Assembly: GCA_965219955.1 (NCBI GenBank)
Contig: OZ244799.1
Coordinates: 2,560,001-2,624,000, forward strand
DNA length: 64,000 bases
Origin: a bacterium
GTDB lineage: Bacteria > UBA8248
Direction of reading: 5' to 3'
Below, one piece after another: positions 46,175 through 55,254 of the stretch (position 1 is its first letter; each line of letters begins with the position of its first letter). Made by a program: the position numbers and the translations under genes. The notes under the pieces were generated by a model. It searched no databases and was not told the origin of the DNA. It saw nothing but the letters and a program-made list of their open reading frames with translations.

Positions 46175-46588
46175 TCATTTCGGAAACGGCATCCAGCCGA
46201 CAATGTCTCCTGGGCCAGTGGTGAGAATCCATGTCTTCCCGGTTTGACAGTCCATCAGGAATGTATGTCGAACTGCTAATCCTGAGGTGAATACAAAAAA
46301 CCTCGCTTTACGCGTACCGGATGTATCCGGTAGACTCAGTACGAGCATTTTCTGCCAAGTTACTTCGCCAATTCGTGTCTTCACCAACTGATCTACATTC
46401 CCTGTGTATCGGTCCAATCGAAACGTCCACTTCGCTGCCAAGGGAGACTGCACAATCGCAAATCGACCCTCTCGCGGCTGTGGTGTGGATTGGTGGACTC
46501 TGGCAGCGATAGACTGCGACGATGCCGAACCAGCCATAATAAAGACTATGCAAATAACCACTCCAACGGGTATAGAACTGCGCATCAC
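46175..46588 (-). CDS. Exported hypothetical protein
   Basis: Signal peptide ending ASS-Q; duplicated motif RFAIV..S.LA...TF.LD..TG. Confidence 0.75.
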   Translation of the reverse strand: MMRSSIPVGVVICIVFIMAGSASSQSIAARVHQSTPQPREGRFAIVQSPLAAKWTFRLDRYTGNVDQLVKTRIGEVTWQKMLVLSLPDTSGTRKARFFVFTSGLAVRHTFLMDCQTGKTWILTTGPGDIVGWMPFPK

Positions 46589-46887
46589 TCCTTCTCCGAT
46601 TCTTTCGTCAAGTCATGACAGTATGCGTTATCAGAAAAAAATCTCGCTTCAATTTTTGTCTACGAAAATAGTGTGTTTTCTTGTCAATTCCAAGCAACGG
46701 TCTGTATTTATATGCACAAGAAGCTCTTTATCGTCTTCATACGGAGGTAGTGAAAGGCAACTTGGAATTGGTGGGTAGGCATCTCACCATGATGAGGAAA
46801 GCGACATTGATCGTGACCCGCCGTTGCCGTATGTGCGTTCATGATCTTTCCCGCCGTCGCGGTAGCCTTGCAGAGTTCTCAATTCTA

Positions 46888-47265
46888 TTATGCCGGTAAC
46901 TTCAAGAGAGTCATCTTCGCTTCTGACGAAACCTCGAGAACATGGTTGACAATAACGTCCATCGGGTTGCCGTACCCAGATAGAAAAACGATCGCATCAC
47001 GCAACAGCGCCTCAGAACGTTCCCGGCCCACGCTCGGCAGGATGATTAGGCCGGGGTGCACTTCCTGAGTGGAAACGAGCGCGCGGAAATCGCGCGCGTT
47101 GGCCGTCACGAGTACGAGGTCTTGCTCGACGCATCTGGCCAGGACATGGTGATCCGACGCGCCAAGCCCACCGAAGTCGCGCGGATGCAGAGCAACATGA
47201 ATCCCTTCGGAATTCAGAACTTGGGCAATTTTAGGGGACAGACACTCATCGAGAAACAACCGCAT
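46888..47265 (-). CDS. DUF5615 PIN-like toxin (VapC45-like)
   Basis: MRLFLDECLSP, GASD, LVTANARDF, HPGLIIL. Confidence 0.85.
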   Translation of the reverse strand: MRLFLDECLSPKIAQVLNSEGIHVALHPRDFGGLGASDHHVLARCVEQDLVLVTANARDFRALVSTQEVHPGLIILPSVGRERSEALLRDAIVFLSGYGNPMDVIVNHVLEVSSEAKMTLLKLPA

Positions 47266-47285
47266 CGTCTTGCCGCAACCGCCGC

Positions 47286-47876
47286 CTAGGCCGCGTTTCG
47301 CCAGGGTCTGCCGGACGGGCGCCCCCGAAGAGGGTGGCATTTGGCATAGATCTCGGCGGCCTCGAACGCTTCGCGCGGAATCTCAGGGTAGTCCTCTGTG
47401 AGACCGTCGATGCCATCGCCGTCCTGCAGCCGCCCGAGAATCGCGTAAACGCTCAACCGCGTTCCGGCGATGACCGGCGTGCCGCCGAGGATGTCCTCAT
47501 CCGATGTGATGTAACGATCACGGGCTTTTCGGTATCGCTCGGCGTTACGTAGAGAGTCCGCCGCAAGACGCTCGAGATCGAGCATCGCGCCGGGAGTGAA
47601 TTCGATGGTCTCGAGCTGCATGGGCTCAAGACGAATCATATTCGTCCAGATCGCCCGTTTATGGCGTAAAGGGAGGTCCGTAAGATTGGCTGCTTTCAGG
47701 GTATGGAAATAGACCACGGCCCGGACCGGGAGATAGCGCATCGCGCCGCCGCGAAGACGGGCCGGGCCGGTGAGGGCCTGCAAGACGCGGGCTTCCAGGG
47801 CTTTTTCGATCGTTGTCCGGGACACCCCCGAGAGGGCAGCGGTTTCCCTGATTGTCAAATCGGCAGTGATAGGCAT
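47286..47876 (-). CDS. DUF433 antitoxin with N-terminal HTH (VapB45-like)
   Basis: ITSDEDILGGTPVIAGTRLSVYAIL...EDYPEI. Confidence 0.88.
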   Translation of the reverse strand: MPITADLTIRETAALSGVSRTTIEKALEARVLQALTGPARLRGGAMRYLPVRAVVYFHTLKAANLTDLPLRHKRAIWTNMIRLEPMQLETIEFTPGAMLDLERLAADSLRNAERYRKARDRYITSDEDILGGTPVIAGTRLSVYAILGRLQDGDGIDGLTEDYPEIPREAFEAAEIYAKCHPLRGRPSGRPWRNAA

Positions 47877-47898
47877 AATTCACCTCCTTTCGGGGATG

Positions 47899-47927
47899 AA
47901 TATAAGGAAAGACCGTATGGTTTGCAA
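47899..47927 (-). promoter_or_regulatory. sigma70 promoter of the DUF433-DUF5615 operon
   Basis: TTGCAA, 17 bp, TATATT. Confidence 0.65.
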
Positions 47928-48329
47928 GTCTTGCCAGATTCGGTAATTCGCTTACCGGGCGGTAGCGATCCCACCACGCCCCGGTGTGATGTTTTCGGGA
48001 AGGCGCGTTTATCCCATTCTTTGGAGACACGGATTCGCAGAAGGAATGCGCAGGAGTTTGAATTCGTCCGCTTCCGTTTTGATTGCATATAGAGGCAGGA
48101 GAATCTTGGGCGAAATTCCAAAAAACAAATACCTTCAAGAAACTGCCAAAATTTCATGGCCATTGAAAACAACCGAATGTCTGAAAACGGCCGAAGTGCG
48201 TACCGAGGTGAGAGATTCTTCAGGAATTACCAGGAAGACTCGACAAACTCCAGACTTAATTTTTAGAGCGGAAAAAGATACTAATCAGCCGGATATTTCG
48301 TCACCCCCACTCCATCATTCTTGCCTTTT

Positions 48330-49739
48330 CTATCGCGTTCCACCGAATCCGGCAGACATATCGCTTCTCTCGACGACACCGCCCATGCCCTCATGCGCTG
48401 GTCCGAAGAACGCGCCCGTAACCTCGCCGGCATCGCCGCCGGTTTGGATGAAAGTATTCTTTCTGACGATGACGCTGTACCTGAGGTCGCCGTCATTCCA
48501 CATCGTTCCTGAATCGATATATTCCAAGTCTGTGAAGTCAATCTGTCCCCTGAGCGTTCCGATGTTGATGTTCAATCGGGTATCTCCGCTCAATGGCTCG
48601 GAACCGGGAGTCATTCCCAGGAGGCGGCCAGACCAGCTTACGCTTCCCGATAGCGACTGGTTATCGGCCAGGTCGTTTTCCGGCTTGGGGCCTCTTGCCC
48701 AGGTCTGAACCAGGCCGTTTCTCGATGCCGCGCCGAATGCGATATCTCCAATATCTCCGCGAACGTGGAACGATATATCGCTCCATGCGCCAAGTCTGTG
48801 CACGTCCGTCTCGCCCGGCTCATAAGCGGCGTAAAGGGCCTGAATCGCGTCATGGTCAACCGGGCCGAGAATGCGGTCTGAATACGAACGTGGAACACGC
48901 GAACGCATAATCGAGTCATGGTAAGTGTCGTAATCCGGGTGTCCTGGTTGTAAACCAAGGGCGTGTAGAAGTTCGTGGGCCAGCAGCAGAATATTGGCCT
49001 CATCAGTAAACTGCCCGAGCCTGTCCTCGTTTATCCATATTCTGGCGCTGTGCATTTTAACGAATGTCACTAGCCCGCCTTCATATTCGGCGGTGGATAA
49101 AGGAACCGTACGCGTTACACCGCGATATACCAGTCTGCTCGGCGGGTTCCATCGTCTGTGCGGCGCGTAGTCGATAAATATCTCTCCTTCGTCAACTTCA
49201 AAGGTGCCGACGCCTGGCGGGGACGGAACGCTGCTGAATCGCAGCCTGTTCTCACGAGGAAGATATGCGTTGATTATCTGTACTGCCTGAACGGCATAAT
49301 CCGTTTGCCTGGGGGTGGCTCCTTCCGCTACGCGGACTACCGGCGGACTTTCCCATGTATGAAGCGACGGTTCGTCTTCGTGGAGCTGGCTGAAGTTTTC
49401 GATGAATTGGCCCACGAATGCGATAACGGCCTCACGGCCCGCTCCATCCCGCACATGACCGGATGAGATAACCGTATCGCCATCCTGTCTCACTGCTCCA
49501 AGTTGGTTCGCCTCCGGCTTGACTCCGGCTCCCACATGCAAGGTATCGCTGTATTCGATTATCGGGGCCTGTCGCGCATGAACAGGAGCTTGCAACGGAA
49601 TAACAGAAGATGGAATGACAGAAGGTGTTCTCGGGATAACCGCACTCCCGCCGCCGCCTCCACCGCAACCGGGCAATATCAACGCGAACGATAGAAGGAC
49701 GGTGAATGCCTTTTGAGCGAAACGATTATTGTTTCTGAT
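48330..49739 (-). CDS. Lipoprotein with metzincin-like zinc peptidase domain and C-terminal TbpB-like barrel (start uncertain)
   Basis: Lipobox LPGC plus poly-Gly; HELLHALGLQPGH and SIM Met-turn; VTGAFFGP...GFGGTR. Confidence 0.75.
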   Translation of the reverse strand: MRNNNRFAQKAFTVLLSFALILPGCGGGGGGSAVIPRTPSVIPSSVIPLQAPVHARQAPIIEYSDTLHVGAGVKPEANQLGAVRQDGDTVISSGHVRDGAGREAVIAFVGQFIENFSQLHEDEPSLHTWESPPVVRVAEGATPRQTDYAVQAVQIINAYLPRENRLRFSSVPSPPGVGTFEVDEGEIFIDYAPHRRWNPPSRLVYRGVTRTVPLSTAEYEGGLVTFVKMHSARIWINEDRLGQFTDEANILLLAHELLHALGLQPGHPDYDTYHDSIMRSRVPRSYSDRILGPVDHDAIQALYAAYEPGETDVHRLGAWSDISFHVRGDIGDIAFGAASRNGLVQTWARGPKPENDLADNQSLSGSVSWSGRLLGMTPGSEPLSGDTRLNINIGTLRGQIDFTDLEYIDSGTMWNDGDLRYSVIVRKNTFIQTGGDAGEVTGAFFGPAHEGMGGVVERSDMSAGFGGTR

Positions 49740-49925
49740 TTGATTTCTTCTTATGAAAGGGTGAATTTTGAAGCACCATACACATACATCCGCGAGCCGG
49801 ATGCAAGGATTTCACCAGCCGCTGGAAGTACCCTGTGACCATAAACGAGCAAAGACATGAGGAGCCCCTTCGCAGAGCGCTTCTCAAACGCGTCTCATCA
49901 CCCACGGTGCCTTGCCGATGATTCG

Positions 49926-50328
49926 GACATCCAAGACGTGAACCTCGCCGATCAGACGGTCCTGCTCGGCCGCTCCAGGATGGATCAGGAGGGTGTGAGC
50001 GTCGTGCGGTACCTGGGGGAGCCGACGGGCTCATGGAGGGGGCGCTCCTGAGACCTCTCCACAAGTCGGGTCGGCTGCGCGAGGGTCGCCTCACCGAGAG
50101 GAGCATACGGAGCATCATTATCCGCCGAGCGCGCGATGCGGGGGTTCAGGGCCGCATCAGAGGGAACAACCAGAGAGTGGCAGCGCGCAGAGCCTGGCGA
50201 ATGCGGGCGCCACTCTGGCCGAGATGCAGTCCGCCGGGCGCTGGCGCTCCCCCGTCATGCCGGTGCGCTACGCGCAGGAAAAACGCCCGCGGCAGGGCGC
50301 CGTGGCGAGGCTTCGCTACGGGCGTTGA
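49926..50328 (+). pseudogene. Decayed Cre-like tyrosine recombinase, C-terminal half
   Basis: GRSRMDQEG...YLG; IIRRARDAGVQGRIRGNNQRV (eroded SGHSLRV); EMQSAGRWRSPVMPVRYA; frameshifts. Confidence 0.8.
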
Positions 50329-50454
50329 CGAACAAGGCCGCGAGTGCTCGCCGCCCTCACTCGGGATCCCGGTATTTTTTCCATACAGGTTTGGCGCCAT
50401 TCCTAGCTGATCTCCATCACCTCACGAGCGAGAGTGGTTACCTCAGAGAAAACC

Positions 50455-50585
50455 CCGCATCGAAGCGGAGATTCACCCGTTGGCCTCCGCCATGTTCACC
50501 GCACAGGCCATAATCCGTGATATGGAGAGGAGAGGAAATCGAGTAAATCAGCAGAACTATCTCTGAAGTCGCTCCCGAATTACCG
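50455..50585 (+). pseudogene. Degraded partial paralog of the RHH gene at 44052-44393
   Basis: Nucleotide similarity, e.g. ctccgccatgttcaccgcacaggccataatccgtgatatggagagg vs ctccgccatgttcactgcgcaggccatcatccgcgacatggagagg. Confidence 0.85.
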
Positions 50586-51013
50586 TGTAAATTGGCGAAT
50601 GGTTCAGGGAATCGGGCGGATTCTGTTACAGGGGACGAGTGAGTTTTCCTAAGACTTGATCCGCCGCGCTGAAGAGCATAAACCCGAGCACCATGCTCAA
50701 CAATGCGATTACCGTCCGGTAAAGGATGCTCACAGCCATCTTCCGTTCTTGCTTTTCTTTTACGCGATGAACTGTAGTTGGATGAGGACTTAAAGGACGG
50801 TGCATTGTATATGTATACAGGAAAGCCGGTCGTTTCACCTGCGCTCCGAATTATGTGCCCGCCTTTCGGTGTTTTGTCGAACGTCTGTATCCTTTGATAC
50901 AAAAGTCCGTCCTAGTGTGGCCCACCTCTGGCAAGGATTCCCGCGCTTCTCTCCGGGTTGAAGAACATATCCTGGAGGGTTTCGTTACGAGCGCGTCCGG
51001 TCGGGAGGAGAAA

Positions 51014-51111
51014 AGGCCGACACCCCTCAAAGGGTTGGGTTGGCGAAAGATGGGAATTGTTGCGACACAATCCACGAGGTAACGCCGCCAGCCGAGTCGG
51101 GGTGTCGGCCT
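51014..51111. repeat. Long stem-loop with a 13-bp perfect outer stem
   Basis: AGGCCGACACCCC / GGGGTGTCGGCCT, with inner GGTTGGCG/CGCCAGCC and ATTGT/ACAAT stems. Confidence 0.65.
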
Positions 51112-51132
51112 ACTTCCATGAAGCGTAAAACA

Positions 51133-51235
51133 GGGGCTGCCCGCTGCTCCCGTTCCCGACCCGGAGGACTCAAACTCTCAGGCCGGGAACGGTACGCTTT
51201 GCTCCATCACGAGGGAAGCACCAGCGGACAACCCC
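51133..51235 (-). ncRNA. Candidate three-way-junction 3' UTR RNA (copy A')
   Basis: Exact reverse complement of 57912-58014. Confidence 0.6.
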
Positions 51236-51252
51236 GATTTCGCTCTCTTTTC

Positions 51253-53103
51253 CTAGTTTCTCGCGCCGAACGCGCCGGCCGCGACGCCGTTCCCGAAGCC
51301 GGCGTTGAACTCGCCCACCACGGTGTGCGGCTTTTCATCATTGTCATCACCCGTCGGGCCGTGGAAGGTGGCGCTGAAGCTGCCGTCGTCACTCGGGTGA
51401 CCGCCCTTCGCCGTGCCGGACGCGGTTGCATTGGACTCATCAATGTCACCGCTCAAAACCACTTCCCAGTTGTTCTCCTCACCGCCGGAGAGCTGGAAGT
51501 TGCTGATTGTCCCGGTCAGGGTGTTCAACTGACTCGGCGCGATGGTGCCCGTAGTGTCGGTGTCCGAAACAGGAACCTGACTGAAGGTCGCCGTCAAACT
51601 CACGGCCGCCGTGAAGTGGCCCGAAGTGGCCGCATCGACACTGCCGTCCGTCGTTTTGTAGGTTTCGTGCACGTATACGCCCACGGCGTCGCCGTTGTAT
51701 TCCGCGGTGCCCAGCACACTGGTAAGGCTTGAGGCTGTGGCGGGAACAGAAGAACCCGTGAAGGTCTGGACCGCGTTGTAGGTGACCGCGCCCTCAGAGT
51801 CCGTCGTCTTCATGATCCACACGCCGAAGTGCTTGAAGTCGGCATCCGAAACGTCGGAGGTCGCGCCCTCGGCGGGAGTGAATGCCCAACCCGCGCTCAT
51901 GGCTGTTATCGCGCCTTTATCACTGACCGTGACCGTGCAATCGGCGCTGGCGCTTGCACACCGGTACGTGCCCATCGCGCCGTTGTAGGTGCCCGCGGTT
52001 TCAAACGCCTTAATCGTCTGGTTTCCGTCGGTGCCCGCGTCGCTGTCCAGCTGGAACCTGGCGAAAGTGTGAACAGTGGACGAACCGCTGCCGGCGGCAA
52101 AGGCAGACGACCTGACCAGCTTTAGCGTGTCCCCCGTCGGAACCGTGGTGAGATCGTTGTCACTTGTACCACCGACCGAGAGAGCGGTCAGGTCGTTGTT
52201 AGCGGTGCCGTCGTTATCGGCGTCCTCGCTAAGCTCTAAGTCAACGTTCAGCGCCTGACCCGCCACCTTCGCGAACGCCGTCGCCTTCGGCGCCTCGATG
52301 TCGGTGCCGATGATCACGACTTCTTCTTCCACGTTGCCGTCGTCATCCGCTTCCATCGTGCGCGTGTGCATGCTGAAGGCGTTCTTGCCGCCGCCCAGAT
52401 CCATGGCGTGCATGAACTCGGGGTCGTCGTCACCTGCGCCCGGGACGGTAATCTCGATTTCCGTACCGTCTCGGTCGCGTGAGATGCCGATACCATAGTT
52501 ATTAGTAATCGTTGTAGCATCATCGAAGGGCGCTGCCGCGCTTGTAGCCTCCGCCGCGATGGCCGCTCTCTTCGAGGTGGCCGATTTCGTCACGGCCGCC
52601 GTCGCCGCCGCATCCGCCGCAGCTTGGGCCGCCATGCCCGACGCCGTCCGGGCATTCGCCAGCGCCGCTTCCGCATCGGCCTGCTGGCTTTCCGCTACGT
52701 CAGCGAGAGCCGACGCCGCATCCTGGCTCGACGCGTCTTGCGCCGCATTGCTCGCAGCCTCGGCTGCCGCGGCCGCCTCATTCGCCGCAGCTATCGCCGC
52801 AGCCGTTGCATCGTCATCCGCGTGGTCCAGCCCCGCAGCAGCCATAGCCGCCGCGCGCGCCGCGGTCGCCGCATCAGACGCTCTCTTTTTCGTCGCAGCC
52901 AGCTGTTCCGCCGCGAGATCAGCGGCCGACGTGCACGTTCCGTCTGCGTTATAGCGCCCACCGTCCGCCTCGCACATCTCTTGGGGTGTAGGAGTTGGTG
53001 CCGGCTCTTCTGCTGCAGTCCCACCACCGCCACCGCCGCAGCCCGCCAAACCAAGGGCAGCAACCAAGAGCGCCACCATGGTAAAGCTTCTCCATTTTTG
53101 CAT
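51253..53103 (-). CDS. Surface lipoprotein with Ala-rich stalk and TbpB-like C-terminal barrel (copy 1)
   Basis: Lipobox LAGC plus poly-Gly; ends GSFSATFHGP...VVGEFNA...AGAFGARN. Confidence 0.85.
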   Translation of the reverse strand: MQKWRSFTMVALLVAALGLAGCGGGGGGTAAEEPAPTPTPQEMCEADGGRYNADGTCTSAADLAAEQLAATKKRASDAATAARAAAMAAAGLDHADDDATAAAIAAANEAAAAAEAASNAAQDASSQDAASALADVAESQQADAEAALANARTASGMAAQAAADAAATAAVTKSATSKRAAIAAEATSAAAPFDDATTITNNYGIGISRDRDGTEIEITVPGAGDDDPEFMHAMDLGGGKNAFSMHTRTMEADDDGNVEEEVVIIGTDIEAPKATAFAKVAGQALNVDLELSEDADNDGTANNDLTALSVGGTSDNDLTTVPTGDTLKLVRSSAFAAGSGSSTVHTFARFQLDSDAGTDGNQTIKAFETAGTYNGAMGTYRCASASADCTVTVSDKGAITAMSAGWAFTPAEGATSDVSDADFKHFGVWIMKTTDSEGAVTYNAVQTFTGSSVPATASSLTSVLGTAEYNGDAVGVYVHETYKTTDGSVDAATSGHFTAAVSLTATFSQVPVSDTDTTGTIAPSQLNTLTGTISNFQLSGGEENNWEVVLSGDIDESNATASGTAKGGHPSDDGSFSATFHGPTGDDNDEKPHTVVGEFNAGFGNGVAAGAFGARN

Positions 53104-53280
53104 TACAATTCCTTCAGATATATTCTTTTTGTGCTAGGAAATGTTATGCTTGTATTCCTTTAATAAACATGCAGTTACAAGCTGTTGCGATATATCGTAT
53201 TTTTGGTCGGCGCGCCTCGTGTATCTGCCGAATCGCTCTCTTACTTGTACGGTTCCGCTAGCGTTGGAAACTTCCTTGCA

Positions 53281-53610
53281 TCAATCCTCGCTTGGCACCC
53301 GCAACCAGCCTGCAATGTCGCGCGCCCCATGCAGGATACGCCAGACGTCAATCTCGGTTTCCCTCTCGACATAGAAGACAAGATACGGATACTTCTCTAC
53401 GGTACGGAAGCGCAGGCCGGTGAGGTTGAGCTCATGCGCATAGCGGGGCGAACCCGCCTCCGGTCGTTCACTGATATGGCGGATGGCATCTTCGAGCGCG
53501 TCAATGAAGGTCAGCGCAACTGCTTCTCCCGACTCGGCCAGATAATGCTCGACTGCCTCTTCCACATCGCGCTGCGCACGCTCGCGAAGGACAACCTGTT
53601 TGCCGCTCAC
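53281..53610 (-). CDS. parE: ParE/RelE family toxin
   Basis: RERAQRDVEEAVEHY...PEAGSPRY...YPYLVFY...VWRILHGARDI. Confidence 0.9.
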   Translation of the reverse strand: MSGKQVVLRERAQRDVEEAVEHYLAESGEAVALTFIDALEDAIRHISERPEAGSPRYAHELNLTGLRFRTVEKYPYLVFYVERETEIDVWRILHGARDIAGWLRVPSED

Positions 53611-53846
53611 TGCGCAGGTGTTTGGCGAACCAGGCTGCGGAGCTGGTTGAAGTAGTCCTCATCGGCGGTATTTGCCGGTGGAGATGAAGCACCTTCGAGA
53701 AGCAGACCGCGCAGATATTGGCAATCCCGGTCCTTGCGGATCAATTCGCGTACATACTCGCTCGAAGTGCTGTAGCCGCGTGCGCTGACTTGATCGTCAA
53801 CGAAGGATTTCAGTGTCTCCGGCAATGATATGTTCATCGTATTCAT
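53607..53846 (-). CDS. parD: ParD family RHH antitoxin
   Basis: TMNISLPETLKSFVDDQV..RGYSTSSEYVRELIR. Confidence 0.9.
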   Translation of the reverse strand: MNTMNISLPETLKSFVDDQVSARGYSTSSEYVRELIRKDRDCQYLRGLLLEGASSPPANTADEDYFNQLRSLVRQTPAQ

Positions 53847-53852
53847 GGTTGA

Positions 53853-53881
53853 ATTCTGCCAGTATTGGCAAATTTTGTCAA
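53853..53881 (-). promoter_or_regulatory. parDE promoter with overlapping operator palindrome
   Basis: TTGACA, 17 bp, CAGAAT; TGCCA-GTAT-TGGCA palindrome at 53857-53870. Confidence 0.6.
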
Positions 53882-53966
53882 GAATCCATATTAAACGATT
53901 AAACGAACGAGAAACGAGTTCAAGATGCGCTCCTTGGTGATAAAGCAACTAAGTAAAGGGTATCCT

Positions 53967-54041
53967 ACCTTCCTCGGCCCGCCGACGGATGACGCTTAAC
54001 CGCCCATCGTGGCCAGCGCGTTCGGTGCGAGAAAGCAATGA
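53967..54041 (+). pseudogene. Remnant 3' end of a third TbpB-barrel lipoprotein gene
   Basis: Reads TFLGPPTDDA*PPIVASAFGARKQ*, compared with TFHGPTGDD...VAAGAFGARN*. Confidence 0.7.
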
Positions 54042-54138
54042 AGTTCCACTGGAGCAAGGCGCCTTCGGCCCTAGGGCTTGACAGCGCCGTGGCGAAGTTT
54101 GTATGAGAAAAAAGTGGAGGTTCCCTGAAAATAGCTTC

Positions 54139-54244
54139 GGGGGTTGCTCATTGGTTGCTCCACATCGTCGGGAGCAAATCGTACCGACTCGCGTTACAGA
54201 GTTTGAGTCCTCTCGGCGCGGGAAGGGAGCAATGAGTGACCCCC
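54139..54244 (+). ncRNA. Candidate three-way-junction RNA, diverged copy B
   Basis: Same fold as copy A with compensatory changes; shared GGAGCAAA-N-CGTACCG and AGAGTTTGAGTCCTC. Confidence 0.6.
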
Positions 54245-54736
54245 ACTTCAGGCTCACGGCCTGAGTCTTGTAGTCCCCCGGAAGTATGGCTCGAGAGGGC
54301 GGCCCCCGAAACGCCGTCTGCGCACCCGTGGCTGTACAACTCCGTGAAAGCCTCCTGCTCCTGAGTCTGAAGGCAGGTATCTCCCAACCCCGCTTCTTGA
54401 GCAGCCCCCCATCGGTCGATGAGCGATTCTGGATTGTATGCGTGCGCCGCCAATGAGCGGAGAATTTATCGGCTTCGGCCTTGCGTGAAAACGGTGCGCC
54501 GGATCCGCCGCGCTTCTCCGGGGGCCGTAGTCACGACGTGAAGGAAACGACTCCCCGGGTCGTGATGCCGTTCGTTCAAGACTCGTTAAAGAGGTTCGCG
54601 TGAGAGGCTGGCGACTATATGAGGCGGCTCCCCTTCGAGCGCGCTGGAACAGCGTCATCGAATCACAAGCGAATCGACTGAAACCCCCGCGCCGACTCCG
54701 GGGTCTTGTCCGCACATCCTGATTGGCTGCCCGCCG

Positions 54737-54997
54737 CTAGTCGGCTCTGCGGGCAACGAGGTCCAGGGTTCTCGGCTGGTCGCAGCGGACGATACCGGTT
54801 GTTCGGGTGCCCGCGAGAGAAACCGCGAAGCCCGCCCTGCGCGCAATGTCGCCGTCCGGTGCGACCGGCAAGACCACGGGCGTCCCGGTGAGCCTGTTGA
54901 ACGCGTCGGGGGATACGATCAGTACCGGACGGGCACCCTGTCGTTCATGGCCTGCGGCGGGGTCGAGACCGACGAGCCAGATTTTCTCCCGCTTCAC
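54737..54997 (-). CDS. pemK: PemK/MazF family toxin, C-terminally truncated
   Basis: LDPAAGHERQGARPVLIVSPDAFN...GIVRCDQPRTLD; only 86 aa. Confidence 0.8.
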   Translation of the reverse strand: MKREKIWLVGLDPAAGHERQGARPVLIVSPDAFNRLTGTPVVLPVAPDGDIARRAGFAVSLAGTRTTGIVRCDQPRTLDLVARRAD

Positions 54998-55254
54998 TAC
55001 AACAACTCGCTGCCGACCGGACCGGCCTCAACCCAGGCGCGGTCCCCGGCGAGCTGCGCAGCGGTCCCGACGCATTGCGCCAGAAGCTCATCGAGTGAAT
55101 AGGCGGGACGTGTCTTGGGCGCAACGATCAGGCGACCGTCCTCCACGGCGACGTCCACCTTCGCTCCGGCCCGGAGTTTCAGTAGGTCCAGAAGGTCGGG
55201 GGGAGCGGCGAGCATGATGGAACCACCGACCTTGCGGAGATTCGTCGTATGCAT
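54997..55254 (-). CDS. pemI: PemI/MazE (AbrB-fold) antitoxin
   Basis: MHTTNLRKVGGSIML...YSLDELLAQC...PVGSELL. Confidence 0.88.
   Translation of the reverse strand: MHTTNLRKVGGSIMLAAPPDLLDLLKLRAGAKVDVAVEDGRLIVAPKTRPAYSLDELLAQCVGTAAQLAGDRAWVEAGPVGSELL

Larger units (their letters stand above)
51133..53113 (-). repeat. Left copy of a 1981-bp inverted repeat
   Basis: Reverse complement of 56034-58014; paired coordinates sum to 109147; all ORF translations identical. Confidence 0.95.

Noticed and set aside
46789-46870. Frameshifted signal-peptide-like stub (MRKATLIVT/AVAVCAFMIFPAVAVA)
   Set aside because: Too short to assign; at most a gene remnant
51040-51095. CGAAAGATGGGA resembling a c-di-GMP-I riboswitch
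   Set aside because: Lacks the GCAAA motifs and second hairpin of that family
54254-54715. Possible decayed gene between element B and pemK
   Set aside because: No frame gave a recognisable protein
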